A stretch of 64,000 nt of DNA from a virus, in IMG/VR virus record IMGVR_UViG_3300032326_000853, positions 9,456-73,455 of that record; one strand, written 5' to 3'. The translations under genes were made by a program, and so were the position numbers. Each line of letters opens with the position of its first letter. Position 1 is the first letter of the stretch. Positions 37,252 to 45,929 of this stretch are shown in pieces. The notes under the pieces were generated by a model. It made no database searches, was not told the origin of the DNA, and saw only the letters and a list, made by a program, of their open reading frames with translations.

Positions 37252-37731
37252 ATGAAAAAGATAACTTTAGCCTTAGCAGTGGTATTAAGTGGAGCCCCGA
37301 ATGCCGCTGAATTACAACACAATTTCAATAGTCCAGCCTTTAGTGGTGTGGGCTATTCGTCACATGTTCTAACTTTAAAACAGTTAGAAGATCAACAAAA
37401 AGACAAAAACAGACAGGCAGCAGAAGCATTAAAAGCTGCCGCTGAACGTGAGGCCGCAAATACGCCGCAAGCACGTTTTAAAGCCAGTATGGAAACTCGC
37501 ATTTATAGTGAGTTAGCCAAACGCATTAGCGATAGTCTATTTGGTTCTAGTCCAAATGCACCAACATGTACTCCAACATCAAGTGGTGGCCCATGTGGCG
37601 ATATTGACATTGGCGGTCAAAATATTACTTGGAGAATCCAAGGTACAAATATCATTGTTAGAATTTCAGAAATTGCAAATCCTAACAACTATACAGAATT
37701 AGTAATGCCTTATGCGGCATTTAACATCTAA
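37252..37731 (+). CDS. csgF: CsgF-like curli assembly protein (secreted)
   Basis: Signal peptide MKKITLALAVVLSGAPNAA. 'ELQHNFNSPAFSGVGYSSHVLTLKQLEDQ' parallels E. coli CsgF '[28 protein letters not shown]'. Size 159 aa. Confidence 0.45.
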   Translation: MKKITLALAVVLSGAPNAAELQHNFNSPAFSGVGYSSHVLTLKQLEDQQKDKNRQAAEALKAAAEREAANTPQARFKASMETRIYSELAKRISDSLFGSSPNAPTCTPTSSGGPCGDIDIGGQNITWRIQGTNIIVRISEIANPNNYTELVMPYAAFNI

Positions 37732-37741
37732 GGAAATAAAC

Positions 37742-38623
37742 ATGAAAAAAACAACATTATCCTTAGCAATATCAGCAGTAATTCTACTGTCAGGTTGTGC
37801 CACAGGTTCTGCTATACGTGAAAAAGCCACTGGCAAACAATTTGATGAGCCAGTAGTTGAGCAAAATGCATTTTTAAAAAATCAATCAGACAAGTTACTA
37901 CCACCTTCAACAGGTCCAATTCCAGTTGCTGTTTATGGATTCCAAGACAAGACTGGTCAGCGTAAGAGTATTCCTAACATTGCCAGCTTATCAAGTGCAG
38001 TTACACAAGGTGCCGAAAGCTACTTGATCAAGGCCTTACAAGACGTTGGTCAAGCCCGTTGGTTTACAGTGCTAGAGCGTGTGGGTCTAGACAACTTGAT
38101 CAAAGAGCGTCAAATGATTCGTCAAGCACGTGAGCAATATCAGGGCAAAGATGCAAAGCCATTGAACCCTATGATGTTTGCTGGCATCATTGTCGAAGGC
38201 GGCATTATTGGTTATGACAGCAATACACTAACAGGCGGATCTGGTGTTCGTTTGTTTGGCATTGGTGCAACTACTCAGTATCAAAGCGACACAGTTACAG
38301 TTAACCTACGTACAGTCAGCGTAAGCACAGGCGAAGTGTTAACCAGCGTAACAGTCACTAAAACAGTATTAAGCTATATGGACAAGTTTGGCGTATTAAA
38401 ATTTGTTGACAGCGGTACACAAAGTGTAGAAGCTGAAACAGGCGCCAGCATTAACGAAAGTATCAATAAGGCGGTAAATTTAGCTGTTCAAGCCGCTGTA
38501 GTAAACACAATTCACGAAGGTGCTCGTAAAGGACACTGGAGTTTTAAAGAAGATAAGCCAGCTAACCCAACTGTAGTAGTTCCAGCAGTTGAAGAGGTCA
38601 AGGGAGGCGCGACTGCACAATAA
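37742..38623 (+). CDS. csgG: CsgG curli secretion channel lipoprotein
   Basis: Lipobox LLSGCAT. 'VAVYGFQDKTGQ', 'VTQGAESYLIKALQDVGQARWFTVLERVGLDNLIKERQMIRQA' and 'IIVEGGIIGYDSNTLTGGSGVRLFGIGATTQYQSDTVTVNLRTVSVSTGEVLTSVTVTKTVLSY' match E. coli CsgG blocks closely. Confidence 0.85.
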   Translation: MKKTTLSLAISAVILLSGCATGSAIREKATGKQFDEPVVEQNAFLKNQSDKLLPPSTGPIPVAVYGFQDKTGQRKSIPNIASLSSAVTQGAESYLIKALQDVGQARWFTVLERVGLDNLIKERQMIRQAREQYQGKDAKPLNPMMFAGIIVEGGIIGYDSNTLTGGSGVRLFGIGATTQYQSDTVTVNLRTVSVSTGEVLTSVTVTKTVLSYMDKFGVLKFVDSGTQSVEAETGASINESINKAVNLAVQAAVVNTIHEGARKGHWSFKEDKPANPTVVVPAVEEVKGGATAQ

Positions 38624-38770
38624 GTTTAAGAAAAACCGTGCATAGATCTTGCTTGTACAGTATGTAGGTCTTGGAAAAACTTACACTCTCTGGCAAGATC
38701 ATAGAGAGTTAATTAACGGGATAAATCCCAAGGAGCTAGGCAGAGAAGAATAATCTGTTTAGGTTTTAAA

Positions 38771-39568
38771 ATGAATAGAAGTATAACAAACGTTTGCTTG
38801 CTGACAGTGGCAATGATGGCAACCAGCACAGCATGGGCGCAGGCTGCAACAGGACCCAACAAGGTCTACATTGAGCAAATTGGTAACAGCAACACAGTTA
38901 CTATTCAACAAGTAGGTGGTACTAACAACGTCGGTGGCGTTGCATTAAGTACACCAACCAGCGTTAGCGCAAGCGGCATTACTACATTTACACCAGCCGC
39001 CCCAAGTTCTTCAAACTATGCCACTATCACTGGTAGCAGTAACACAGTTGCGCTAACACAAACTGGTAACGGCAACAGTGCTCAGTATGACATGCAAGGC
39101 AACAACAACGTTTATACCAGCACTGTAACTGGTCACAGCAACATGACCAGCTTGACAATTGGTGATTCAAACAACGCAAGTAACTTGCGTAACATAGTAA
39201 CAGAAACAATCACTGGTGATACTAACTTGATTATTCAACAGTTAGTTGGTAGCGATATTACAAGTACCACTGCTGTCACAGGTAATTTAAACCAAATCAC
39301 TAAAGAATTAAAAAGCTCAAACGGTACAAGTGACATTGAAATCACTGGCAACAGCAACGTGTTAAACATTCAACAAGTTGATGCCGCAGGTGCTAACGGT
39401 CACTACTTGAAGCAAGTTATTGCTGGTAGCTTTAACAGCATCACAACTCAACAGCAAGGTACTAATGACACCACTGTTGATATCCGTGCAACAGGAAGCA
39501 ACAATACAATCACTGTAAGAACAAGTAGTAGCAGTATTGTAAATCCTGGTACAGCAATTGCGAGATAA
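38771..39568 (+). CDS. Curlin-repeat (CsgA/CsgB-like) secreted amyloid subunit
   Basis: Signal peptide. Imperfect repeats 'N.V.I.Q.G..N...' e.g. 'SNTVALTQTGNGNSAQYDMQGNNN' vs CsgA 'SIDLTQRGFGNSATLDQWNGKNS'. Confidence 0.6.
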   Translation: MNRSITNVCLLTVAMMATSTAWAQAATGPNKVYIEQIGNSNTVTIQQVGGTNNVGGVALSTPTSVSASGITTFTPAAPSSSNYATITGSSNTVALTQTGNGNSAQYDMQGNNNVYTSTVTGHSNMTSLTIGDSNNASNLRNIVTETITGDTNLIIQQLVGSDITSTTAVTGNLNQITKELKSSNGTSDIEITGNSNVLNIQQVDAAGANGHYLKQVIAGSFNSITTQQQGTNDTTVDIRATGSNNTITVRTSSSSIVNPGTAIAR

Positions 39569-39573
39569 AATCA

Positions 39574-40680
39574 ATGTGGCGTGTGCTTTTAGCCACACTT
39601 TTAACGTTAACCAATACTACCATTTTTGCCAGTGGTAGTATTGGCGTTGTGTCCGATAACAAAGGAACACAATGTGAAGTGCAACGTGGCAAGACAAAAA
39701 CCTCAGGCATAAAGGGTGCTAGTATCGAGAGCATGGATACCTACCTAACACAGGCCTGTGCCAGTAATATTACTTTTCGAGACGATACCAAGGTAAAGAT
39801 TACAGAAAATTCAAAGTTGGTCATTGACGACTTTGTGTATGATCCCAAGCAAAGCGATGCAGGTAAATTGGCCATGAAAGTCACAATGGGCACTGTGCGC
39901 TATGCGTCAGGACAGATTGCCAAAAATAATCCACAACAAGTTGCTGTTAAGACACCAACAGCCAACATTGCTGTTCGTGGCACTGACTTTTCAATGACTG
40001 TTGATGAAACAGGGCAAAGCCTTGTTGTTCTACTTCCAAGTTGCAAAGAAGAAAGCGAGCAAAAGAAATACGAGTTAGAAGAAAACCGTTGTAAGGTGGG
40101 ACAGATTGCTGTATCTAATGCCGCTGGTACGGTTGTATTAGATAAGGCATTTGAAGCCACATACATCACCAGCGCAGACATACGACCAACTGTACCAACT
40201 GTTATTAACACAGTTGAAAGCAAAATCAACAACAACCTAATTATTGTGCGCCCACATGAAGTTGAACGTGCTATTCGCGACAACACTGGCCGTACAAAAA
40301 AGGAAGAGCTTGAAGCAGAAATTGAAGCTGAGGCTGCTAGACGTTTAGCGCAACGTGTTCGAGAATCAGGTGAAGAAATTGAACGTGCTAGACTACTGGC
40401 CATGGCTGAGGCTGCTGGTAAAACTGGGTGTAATGCCAGTACAAATATTTGCGTTACATGGGCCAATCCTGACGCACAAGAAATACAAAGTCGTGGTAAA
40501 GGCATAGCATTTAGAAGCAACGAAGATCACTACGCCGAAGTAAAGACACAGGGTTACAGTAGCAACACTGCCATCACAATTGTGCATAACGATGCCAGCG
40601 CCAGCGAGCTAATTGGTGCTGGTGGCGGAGGTGGCAATAGTGTGTATATCAAACAAAACCTTGGAGTACTGCGTAGATGA
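39574..40680 (+). CDS. Secreted FecR-domain protein with C-terminal coiled coil
   Basis: Signal peptide MWRVLLATLLTLTNTTIFA. 'VAVKTPTANIAVRGTDFSMTVDETGQSLVVLLPS' fits the FecR beta-sandwich consensus. Confidence 0.4.
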   Translation: MWRVLLATLLTLTNTTIFASGSIGVVSDNKGTQCEVQRGKTKTSGIKGASIESMDTYLTQACASNITFRDDTKVKITENSKLVIDDFVYDPKQSDAGKLAMKVTMGTVRYASGQIAKNNPQQVAVKTPTANIAVRGTDFSMTVDETGQSLVVLLPSCKEESEQKKYELEENRCKVGQIAVSNAAGTVVLDKAFEATYITSADIRPTVPTVINTVESKINNNLIIVRPHEVERAIRDNTGRTKKEELEAEIEAEAARRLAQRVRESGEEIERARLLAMAEAAGKTGCNASTNICVTWANPDAQEIQSRGKGIAFRSNEDHYAEVKTQGYSSNTAITIVHNDASASELIGAGGGGGNSVYIKQNLGVLRR

Positions 40681-42590
40681 AAAAGTTTTTACTGCCCTTA
40701 TTGTTATTGTGTTCAACTGCATTTGCACAGACAAACTATAACTCTATTGCCACTGCTTACGTTACTACCACTATCAGTCAAAACGTAGTGTTCAATAGTG
40801 CTATGCAACAGGGTGGAACATTTACTTTTAGTGCATTGGCACACAATGGTGGTGGCCGTGCTGGACAAGCAGACACAGCCAACGTAAAGATACAATTCTA
40901 TGCGGCCAACGGTTCGTTGATATCCACAGTAAACTCAAATTACTCTAGTAATTTACCAAACCCAAATCAGGCTCCTGGTAATCCCTGGGCAGATCCCAGT
41001 GTACCTTGGACAGTATTAACAGTTAGTTCAACCAACTGCGGCGGAAGTTGTGCCAACGTTGCGTATGCCACAGTCAGTATGTATGGTATTGATGGCAGTT
41101 ACTGGGCTGGCGACTACGGCCCTTGGTATCGTGCTCCTACACTACAACTTAACGGTGGCGGCAACTTATTATATAACCCAGAGTTCGGTCCTGCTTATGG
41201 ATACAATGCTCAAGGATGGACAACAAACCCAGGCATGGGTGCTTGCCAAGGAGCGTGGGGTGGTAGTAATCCATGTATTGTAAACAGTTCAGGTACACCC
41301 GGTTCAAGTACAGCAGGCCTTGTTGCCAACGAGAACGGTGGTGGTCCCAGCACAACTGGTGGTACTACTAGCGGTCAAGCTGGTGGATACAACAGCACCA
41401 TGAGTGTGACCAATGCAGGGCCCGGAACAGGAACACCACAGACTCCTCCTGGACCTCCACCACCTGCTCCTACAGCAATTTACATGGATAACTCCACAGT
41501 AAAGATTATACGAGCAATACCAACCACTAACAACAGTCCTGGTGGTGAGGGTCCTAACAATGCGTTTGATAATAACCCAAATACAAAATATCTAAACTTT
41601 GATAAGAAGAACGCCGGCGTTACTGTTCAATTAAACACAGGTAAGGTTGTTACAGGATTTACTGTTACAACTGCAAATGACTTCAGTGGTCGCGATCCAA
41701 CAAGTTATAAACTGTATGGCAGTAACGATGGTTCAACATGGACTTTGATTAAACAAGATACCATTTCACTAAGTGAAAATCGTTTTACAACATCATCGAC
41801 TATTAGTGTTGCAAACACAACAGCGTATGCCTATTACTTTATGTTGTTCCCAACAACCAAAGCTGGAGATGGCTGCGGCTTAAACTGCGATAGTATGCAG
41901 GTTGCTGAAATTACATATTACTACGATGCAAATAGTACAACAACATCAACTGCCTCAAGCAACACCATTGTTGACCCTGTAACGGCTGCCAATAACACAC
42001 TATGCTGTGGAGGCAGTGCGGCTGCATTCAATGCTGATACTACCAATGCCGCAAAGGTATCAGCGTTTGTGTCCCGTACTACAAACGACAGTCGTGTTTA
42101 TATAGAACAAATTGGCAACATGAATACTATCACTGTTAACCAGTCTGGTACTAGACAAAACTATGCAGGATATACCGGCAACGGCTCTTCAAATGACATT
42201 GAAATTGTACAAAGTGGTACAGCATCTACGCAAGTAAATTATGCAAACGTTAATGTAACAGGTAACAGTAACACAGTTAATGTCACTCAACAAAGCACAG
42301 GTGGTGCAAAAGGTGCATTTGTTAATATTCAAAACAACAACAATTCTGTCATAATCCAACAAAAAGATTCAGGCAGTCACTGGGCTGATGTTACAGTAAG
42401 CGGCGGTAATAAAAACGTTGACGTGCTTCAACAAGGCAGTGCTAGCCACATGGCTCGTATTAACCTAAGTGGCTTGCCACAGGATTTAAGTTTAACACAA
42501 AGCGGTAGTACACAACAATACTACTCAATCACCAGCAATTGTGCCACAGCAGGCGGTTGCGCCAAGATCACTGTCAATCAAGGACAGTAG
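40677..42590 (+). CDS. Large secreted protein: N-terminal beta domain, F5/8-type C (discoidin) domain, C-terminal curlin repeats
   Basis: Signal peptide MKKFLLPLLLLCSTAFA. Discoidin block 'NAFDNNPNTKYLNF...VTVQLNTGKVVTGFTVTTANDFSGRDPTSYKLYGSNDGSTWTLI'. C-terminal 'RVYIEQIGNMNTITVNQSG...NSNTVNVTQQSTGG...NSVIIQQKDSG' repeats like 38771..39568. Confidence 0.6.
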   Translation: MKKFLLPLLLLCSTAFAQTNYNSIATAYVTTTISQNVVFNSAMQQGGTFTFSALAHNGGGRAGQADTANVKIQFYAANGSLISTVNSNYSSNLPNPNQAPGNPWADPSVPWTVLTVSSTNCGGSCANVAYATVSMYGIDGSYWAGDYGPWYRAPTLQLNGGGNLLYNPEFGPAYGYNAQGWTTNPGMGACQGAWGGSNPCIVNSSGTPGSSTAGLVANENGGGPSTTGGTTSGQAGGYNSTMSVTNAGPGTGTPQTPPGPPPPAPTAIYMDNSTVKIIRAIPTTNNSPGGEGPNNAFDNNPNTKYLNFDKKNAGVTVQLNTGKVVTGFTVTTANDFSGRDPTSYKLYGSNDGSTWTLIKQDTISLSENRFTTSSTISVANTTAYAYYFMLFPTTKAGDGCGLNCDSMQVAEITYYYDANSTTTSTASSNTIVDPVTAANNTLCCGGSAAAFNADTTNAAKVSAFVSRTTNDSRVYIEQIGNMNTITVNQSGTRQNYAGYTGNGSSNDIEIVQSGTASTQVNYANVNVTGNSNTVNVTQQSTGGAKGAFVNIQNNNNSVIIQQKDSGSHWADVTVSGGNKNVDVLQQGSASHMARINLSGLPQDLSLTQSGSTQQYYSITSNCATAGGCAKITVNQGQ

Positions 42591-42617
42591 TTCTAGCTAT
42601 CGTATAAATACGTTACT

Positions 42618-44612
42618 ATGAAATTACGTGACGTTAGCCCCCAAATAACCCTATTAGCTGAGCAACAGCTAGACGAAATTAACATGAGCCCGTCAAGCCT
42701 AAAGCAATTGGCTTCGAGAATCAATGCCCGTGCTGGTATGGAATTTGAAATGATTGTACCGGGCGTAAGTGAGGAAGATGGTGATTTAGAACCCAACTAC
42801 GGCGACGATCAACGCACACGTAGCTTTAGTGATATCGAAGACTTCTTTAACGATGGTGACTACAATAGCCGTAACGATGTTCAACGCTTGATCCAAAAAC
42901 TACAAGAAGCGTATTGGGAATGGGAAATGGAAAAGATCGATAACGATTGGAGCAATGACGGCGAAGATTACATTCGAGACTACATTAACAACAATGAGTG
43001 GAACCAAGACGACAAAATTCGCGAACACTTAGAAGCCATGGGCTTAGATGAAGATGCCATTGAAGCCGCAATTGAAGCTGGCAACAACGCACCAATTTAC
43101 ACAAAGTCTAGCGATCTTAAAGCCGCTCGTGAAGCAGACGAAAACTACAACAATTGGGTAGAAGCAGACCGTGCGGCTGATGATGAACTTGATGAATTAG
43201 TGTCAGAAACATGGAGCGAACAAAGCGGTGTTTATGAAGAAGCATTGGACCAGTATCGTGAAGAAAATGCAGGCACACACGATGAAGATGACTTCTTAGA
43301 AGACAATGGCCTACGTTACATGAGCGATATTTCAAATGAATATGACATCAGCTGGCCTTACTGGAGTAGTCCCGGTGGCGGTGAAGTCAATGCAGAAAGT
43401 GTTGCCGAAGACTTTGCCCAAGCAGTTGGTCGTACAGTAAAAGCCAGTGGCTCTTACCATTCGGGCAGTGTAGCTCGTCCTGACGCCAGTAACTCACACT
43501 ATGTTGTAGAACCTGACGGTAGCTTGGACCCGGACGACAGCAATGACGGTGGCTTAGAGTTTGTAAGCCCAGCATTGCCCATTGGCGAACTGCTAAGTGA
43601 CTTAGACAAAGTTGCCAAGTGGGCCGGCACGTATGGTTGCTACACTAATGAGTCAACTGGCTTGCACATCAACGTCAGCGTTGAAGGTTGGAGCGGTGAC
43701 ATGGGCAAGTTAGATTATGTCAAGTTGGCATTATTAATGGGTGACAACTATATCCTAGACAAGTTTGGTCGTGCTGGCAATACCTATTGCAAAAGTGCAA
43801 TGAACGAAATTAAAAATCGTGTAACACAACGTCCAGAAGATGCAGCCGCACTGCTAGAGAAAATGAAGTCTGGCCTAGACAGTCTTGCAAGTAAAGCAAT
43901 TCACTCGGGCGTTACCAACAAGTACACCAGTATCAATACCAAGAGTGGTTATATTGAATTCCGCTCACCTGGTGGCGACTGGTTAGGCGAGTATGCAGCC
44001 GATCCAGGATCAATTACCAATACCCTGTTGCGATTTGTTGTAGCATTAGATGCCGCAGTAGACGCAGAAAAATACAAACAAGAATACTTGAAAAAGTTGT
44101 ATGCAATCTTACAACCTAAAACTCACAACGACACTATGGCTTACTTTGCACAGTATGCCGCAGGTCAAATGCCCAAGGCCGCACTAAAGAGTTTTATTCG
44201 TCAGGCACAATTAGAGCGTCAAGGTAAGAAACCGCCGCCAGAACAAAAAGAACCAAATTGGTATATCTCAGACAAAAACACTGGACAAATAATTCAGAAG
44301 TACTATGCTGACAATGCCAGTGATGCTTATGAATACCTACAGCGTTGGAAGGCACAAAACGGCGGTGGTGATCACTTACAGTATGGTAAGATAATGCCGG
44401 GACAAGAACCTGGACAAACAGCCACGCAACGAACAGGTGGTAACGAGTGGACTGGACAATGGCTAATTAAAGACGGCAGTGGTCGAGTACTACATAGTTT
44501 TGGCGGTATAGGAAACAGCCAAAGCGATGCAAATCGTTTTGCAACTCGCTGGTTAGCACAACAAGGTTACAGTTATGGAACTGAAATTGAAGTAGTTCCA
44601 GAAATGAGATAA
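42618..44612 (+). CDS. Acidic N-terminal domain fused to an amidoligase-like domain (Amidoligase_2, GS-like fold; tentative)
   Basis: 'GGLEFVSPALPIGEL...GCYTNESTGLHINVSV' resembles the E-x-VSP and tGlHVHv signature blocks of phage amidoligases. N-terminus MKLRDV. Confidence 0.4.
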   Translation: MKLRDVSPQITLLAEQQLDEINMSPSSLKQLASRINARAGMEFEMIVPGVSEEDGDLEPNYGDDQRTRSFSDIEDFFNDGDYNSRNDVQRLIQKLQEAYWEWEMEKIDNDWSNDGEDYIRDYINNNEWNQDDKIREHLEAMGLDEDAIEAAIEAGNNAPIYTKSSDLKAAREADENYNNWVEADRAADDELDELVSETWSEQSGVYEEALDQYREENAGTHDEDDFLEDNGLRYMSDISNEYDISWPYWSSPGGGEVNAESVAEDFAQAVGRTVKASGSYHSGSVARPDASNSHYVVEPDGSLDPDDSNDGGLEFVSPALPIGELLSDLDKVAKWAGTYGCYTNESTGLHINVSVEGWSGDMGKLDYVKLALLMGDNYILDKFGRAGNTYCKSAMNEIKNRVTQRPEDAAALLEKMKSGLDSLASKAIHSGVTNKYTSINTKSGYIEFRSPGGDWLGEYAADPGSITNTLLRFVVALDAAVDAEKYKQEYLKKLYAILQPKTHNDTMAYFAQYAAGQMPKAALKSFIRQAQLERQGKKPPPEQKEPNWYISDKNTGQIIQKYYADNASDAYEYLQRWKAQNGGGDHLQYGKIMPGQEPGQTATQRTGGNEWTGQWLIKDGSGRVLHSFGGIGNSQSDANRFATRWLAQQGYSYGTEIEVVPEMR

Positions 44613-44613
44613 T

Positions 44614-45876
44614 ATGAAAATACAAGATTTAATTGAAGGTTGCAAACACGGAGAATACTATTGCTCCACAGACAAAAAGTGGAAGTGCCGTACTGGTCCT
44701 AAGCAAAGTAGAAAAGTATCCGAAGGTGACTTAAACGAATTTGCACCTGGTGCCGGCGATGGTGATGGCGACGAAGATCCATACCGATATCCCAAGCCAG
44801 AGTCGTATCGTCGTAGTATAGATTTCTTTGGAAAGTTTGAAGCTGATCATTTTGATCGAGAAGATATGAATGACGCCACTGGTGAATTCAAAGGCTATTG
44901 GGGCAAAACACAAATTGCCTATTTCAAGTTTGATAATCCAGCAAAGACTGGCAGTGATGATCCAGGCATGGGCTGGTACTATGAGCCCAACGACATCAGT
45001 GACGACGACAGTGACACTGGTGCAACACCTGCTGTTGATACATCTGCACAACGCAAGCAACAAGAATTAGGCATGATTGATGCGTTTTTAAAGTCAGGGA
45101 AAAAGCCTAATCCGGGCAGTCCAATACATGCCCTAATGAAGAAACATGGTCTGGCAGAAGGCAGTTTAGAAGAAATAGACCGTAGAGGATTCTTAAAAGG
45201 CCTTGGTGCGGCAGTGGCGGGTGCAGCCGGAGTCAGCAACGCCAAAGCGTCTGAAAAGAAGTTTTCAGACTTTATTACCGATCCTGCCGATAAAGAAAAA
45301 TATATAGAGTTAAGAAAAAAAGCCGATCGTATTTTGGCAATATCTATGGTAAATTCATCACTTAAAGTGGCCGCCTATGCCGAAATGGCCAAACTAAAGG
45401 ATTTTAAGAAAGAACTGGCCAAGAAATATAATATTGACATCAATCTTAAAGAAGAAGATATGGCGGAAGCACATCCTAACAGCAAAATCTACGACAAGTG
45501 CTGGGATGGTTATAAGAAAGTCCCGGGCAAAAAGCGTGGTGAAAAAGGCTCATGTGTAGAAGAAACTTATGATGGTGATGAGTTCTTTGAAGCCTACGGT
45601 GTATTATGGTTCAACGAAGATGAGCAGTTAGACGAAGCCGAATACCAAGGACGTAGTGTTCCACTAGGTAAGCCCATGCAAGGCGATGTTAAAAAGTTCA
45701 AAGTATATGTAAAAGATCCTTCAACTGGCAATGTTAAAAAAGTAAACTTTGGCGATCCAGACATGAAGATCAGAAAGTCTAACCCTGCGGCTCGTCGTAG
45801 CTTCCGTGCTAGACACAACTGTGACAACCCAGGTCCAAGAACCAAAGCACGTTACTGGTCCTGCCGTAAGTGGTGA
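44614..45876 (+). CDS. Hypothetical protein with 'LNEFAPGAGDGDGDED' motif and an internal twin-arginine-like signal (RRGFLKGLGAAVAGAAGVSNAKA)
   Basis: Internal Met 'MKKHGLAEGSLEEIDRRGFLKG...' would give a canonical Tat signal peptide. C-terminal Lys-rich region. Confidence 0.45.
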   Translation: MKIQDLIEGCKHGEYYCSTDKKWKCRTGPKQSRKVSEGDLNEFAPGAGDGDGDEDPYRYPKPESYRRSIDFFGKFEADHFDREDMNDATGEFKGYWGKTQIAYFKFDNPAKTGSDDPGMGWYYEPNDISDDDSDTGATPAVDTSAQRKQQELGMIDAFLKSGKKPNPGSPIHALMKKHGLAEGSLEEIDRRGFLKGLGAAVAGAAGVSNAKASEKKFSDFITDPADKEKYIELRKKADRILAISMVNSSLKVAAYAEMAKLKDFKKELAKKYNIDINLKEEDMAEAHPNSKIYDKCWDGYKKVPGKKRGEKGSCVEETYDGDEFFEAYGVLWFNEDEQLDEAEYQGRSVPLGKPMQGDVKKFKVYVKDPSTGNVKKVNFGDPDMKIRKSNPAARRSFRARHNCDNPGPRTKARYWSCRKW

Positions 45877-45895
45877 TCTAATCCATATTATGGAC

Positions 45896-45929
45896 TTGAC
45901 ACAGCCGTTAAAATGTGTTAAATTATAGT
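45896..45929 (+). promoter_or_regulatory. Promoter TTGACA-17-TAAATT(ATAGT) abutting the cyclase start codon
   Basis: ttgaca at 45896-901. ATG at 45930 with no SD, which suggests a short-leader or leaderless transcript. Confidence 0.45.
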
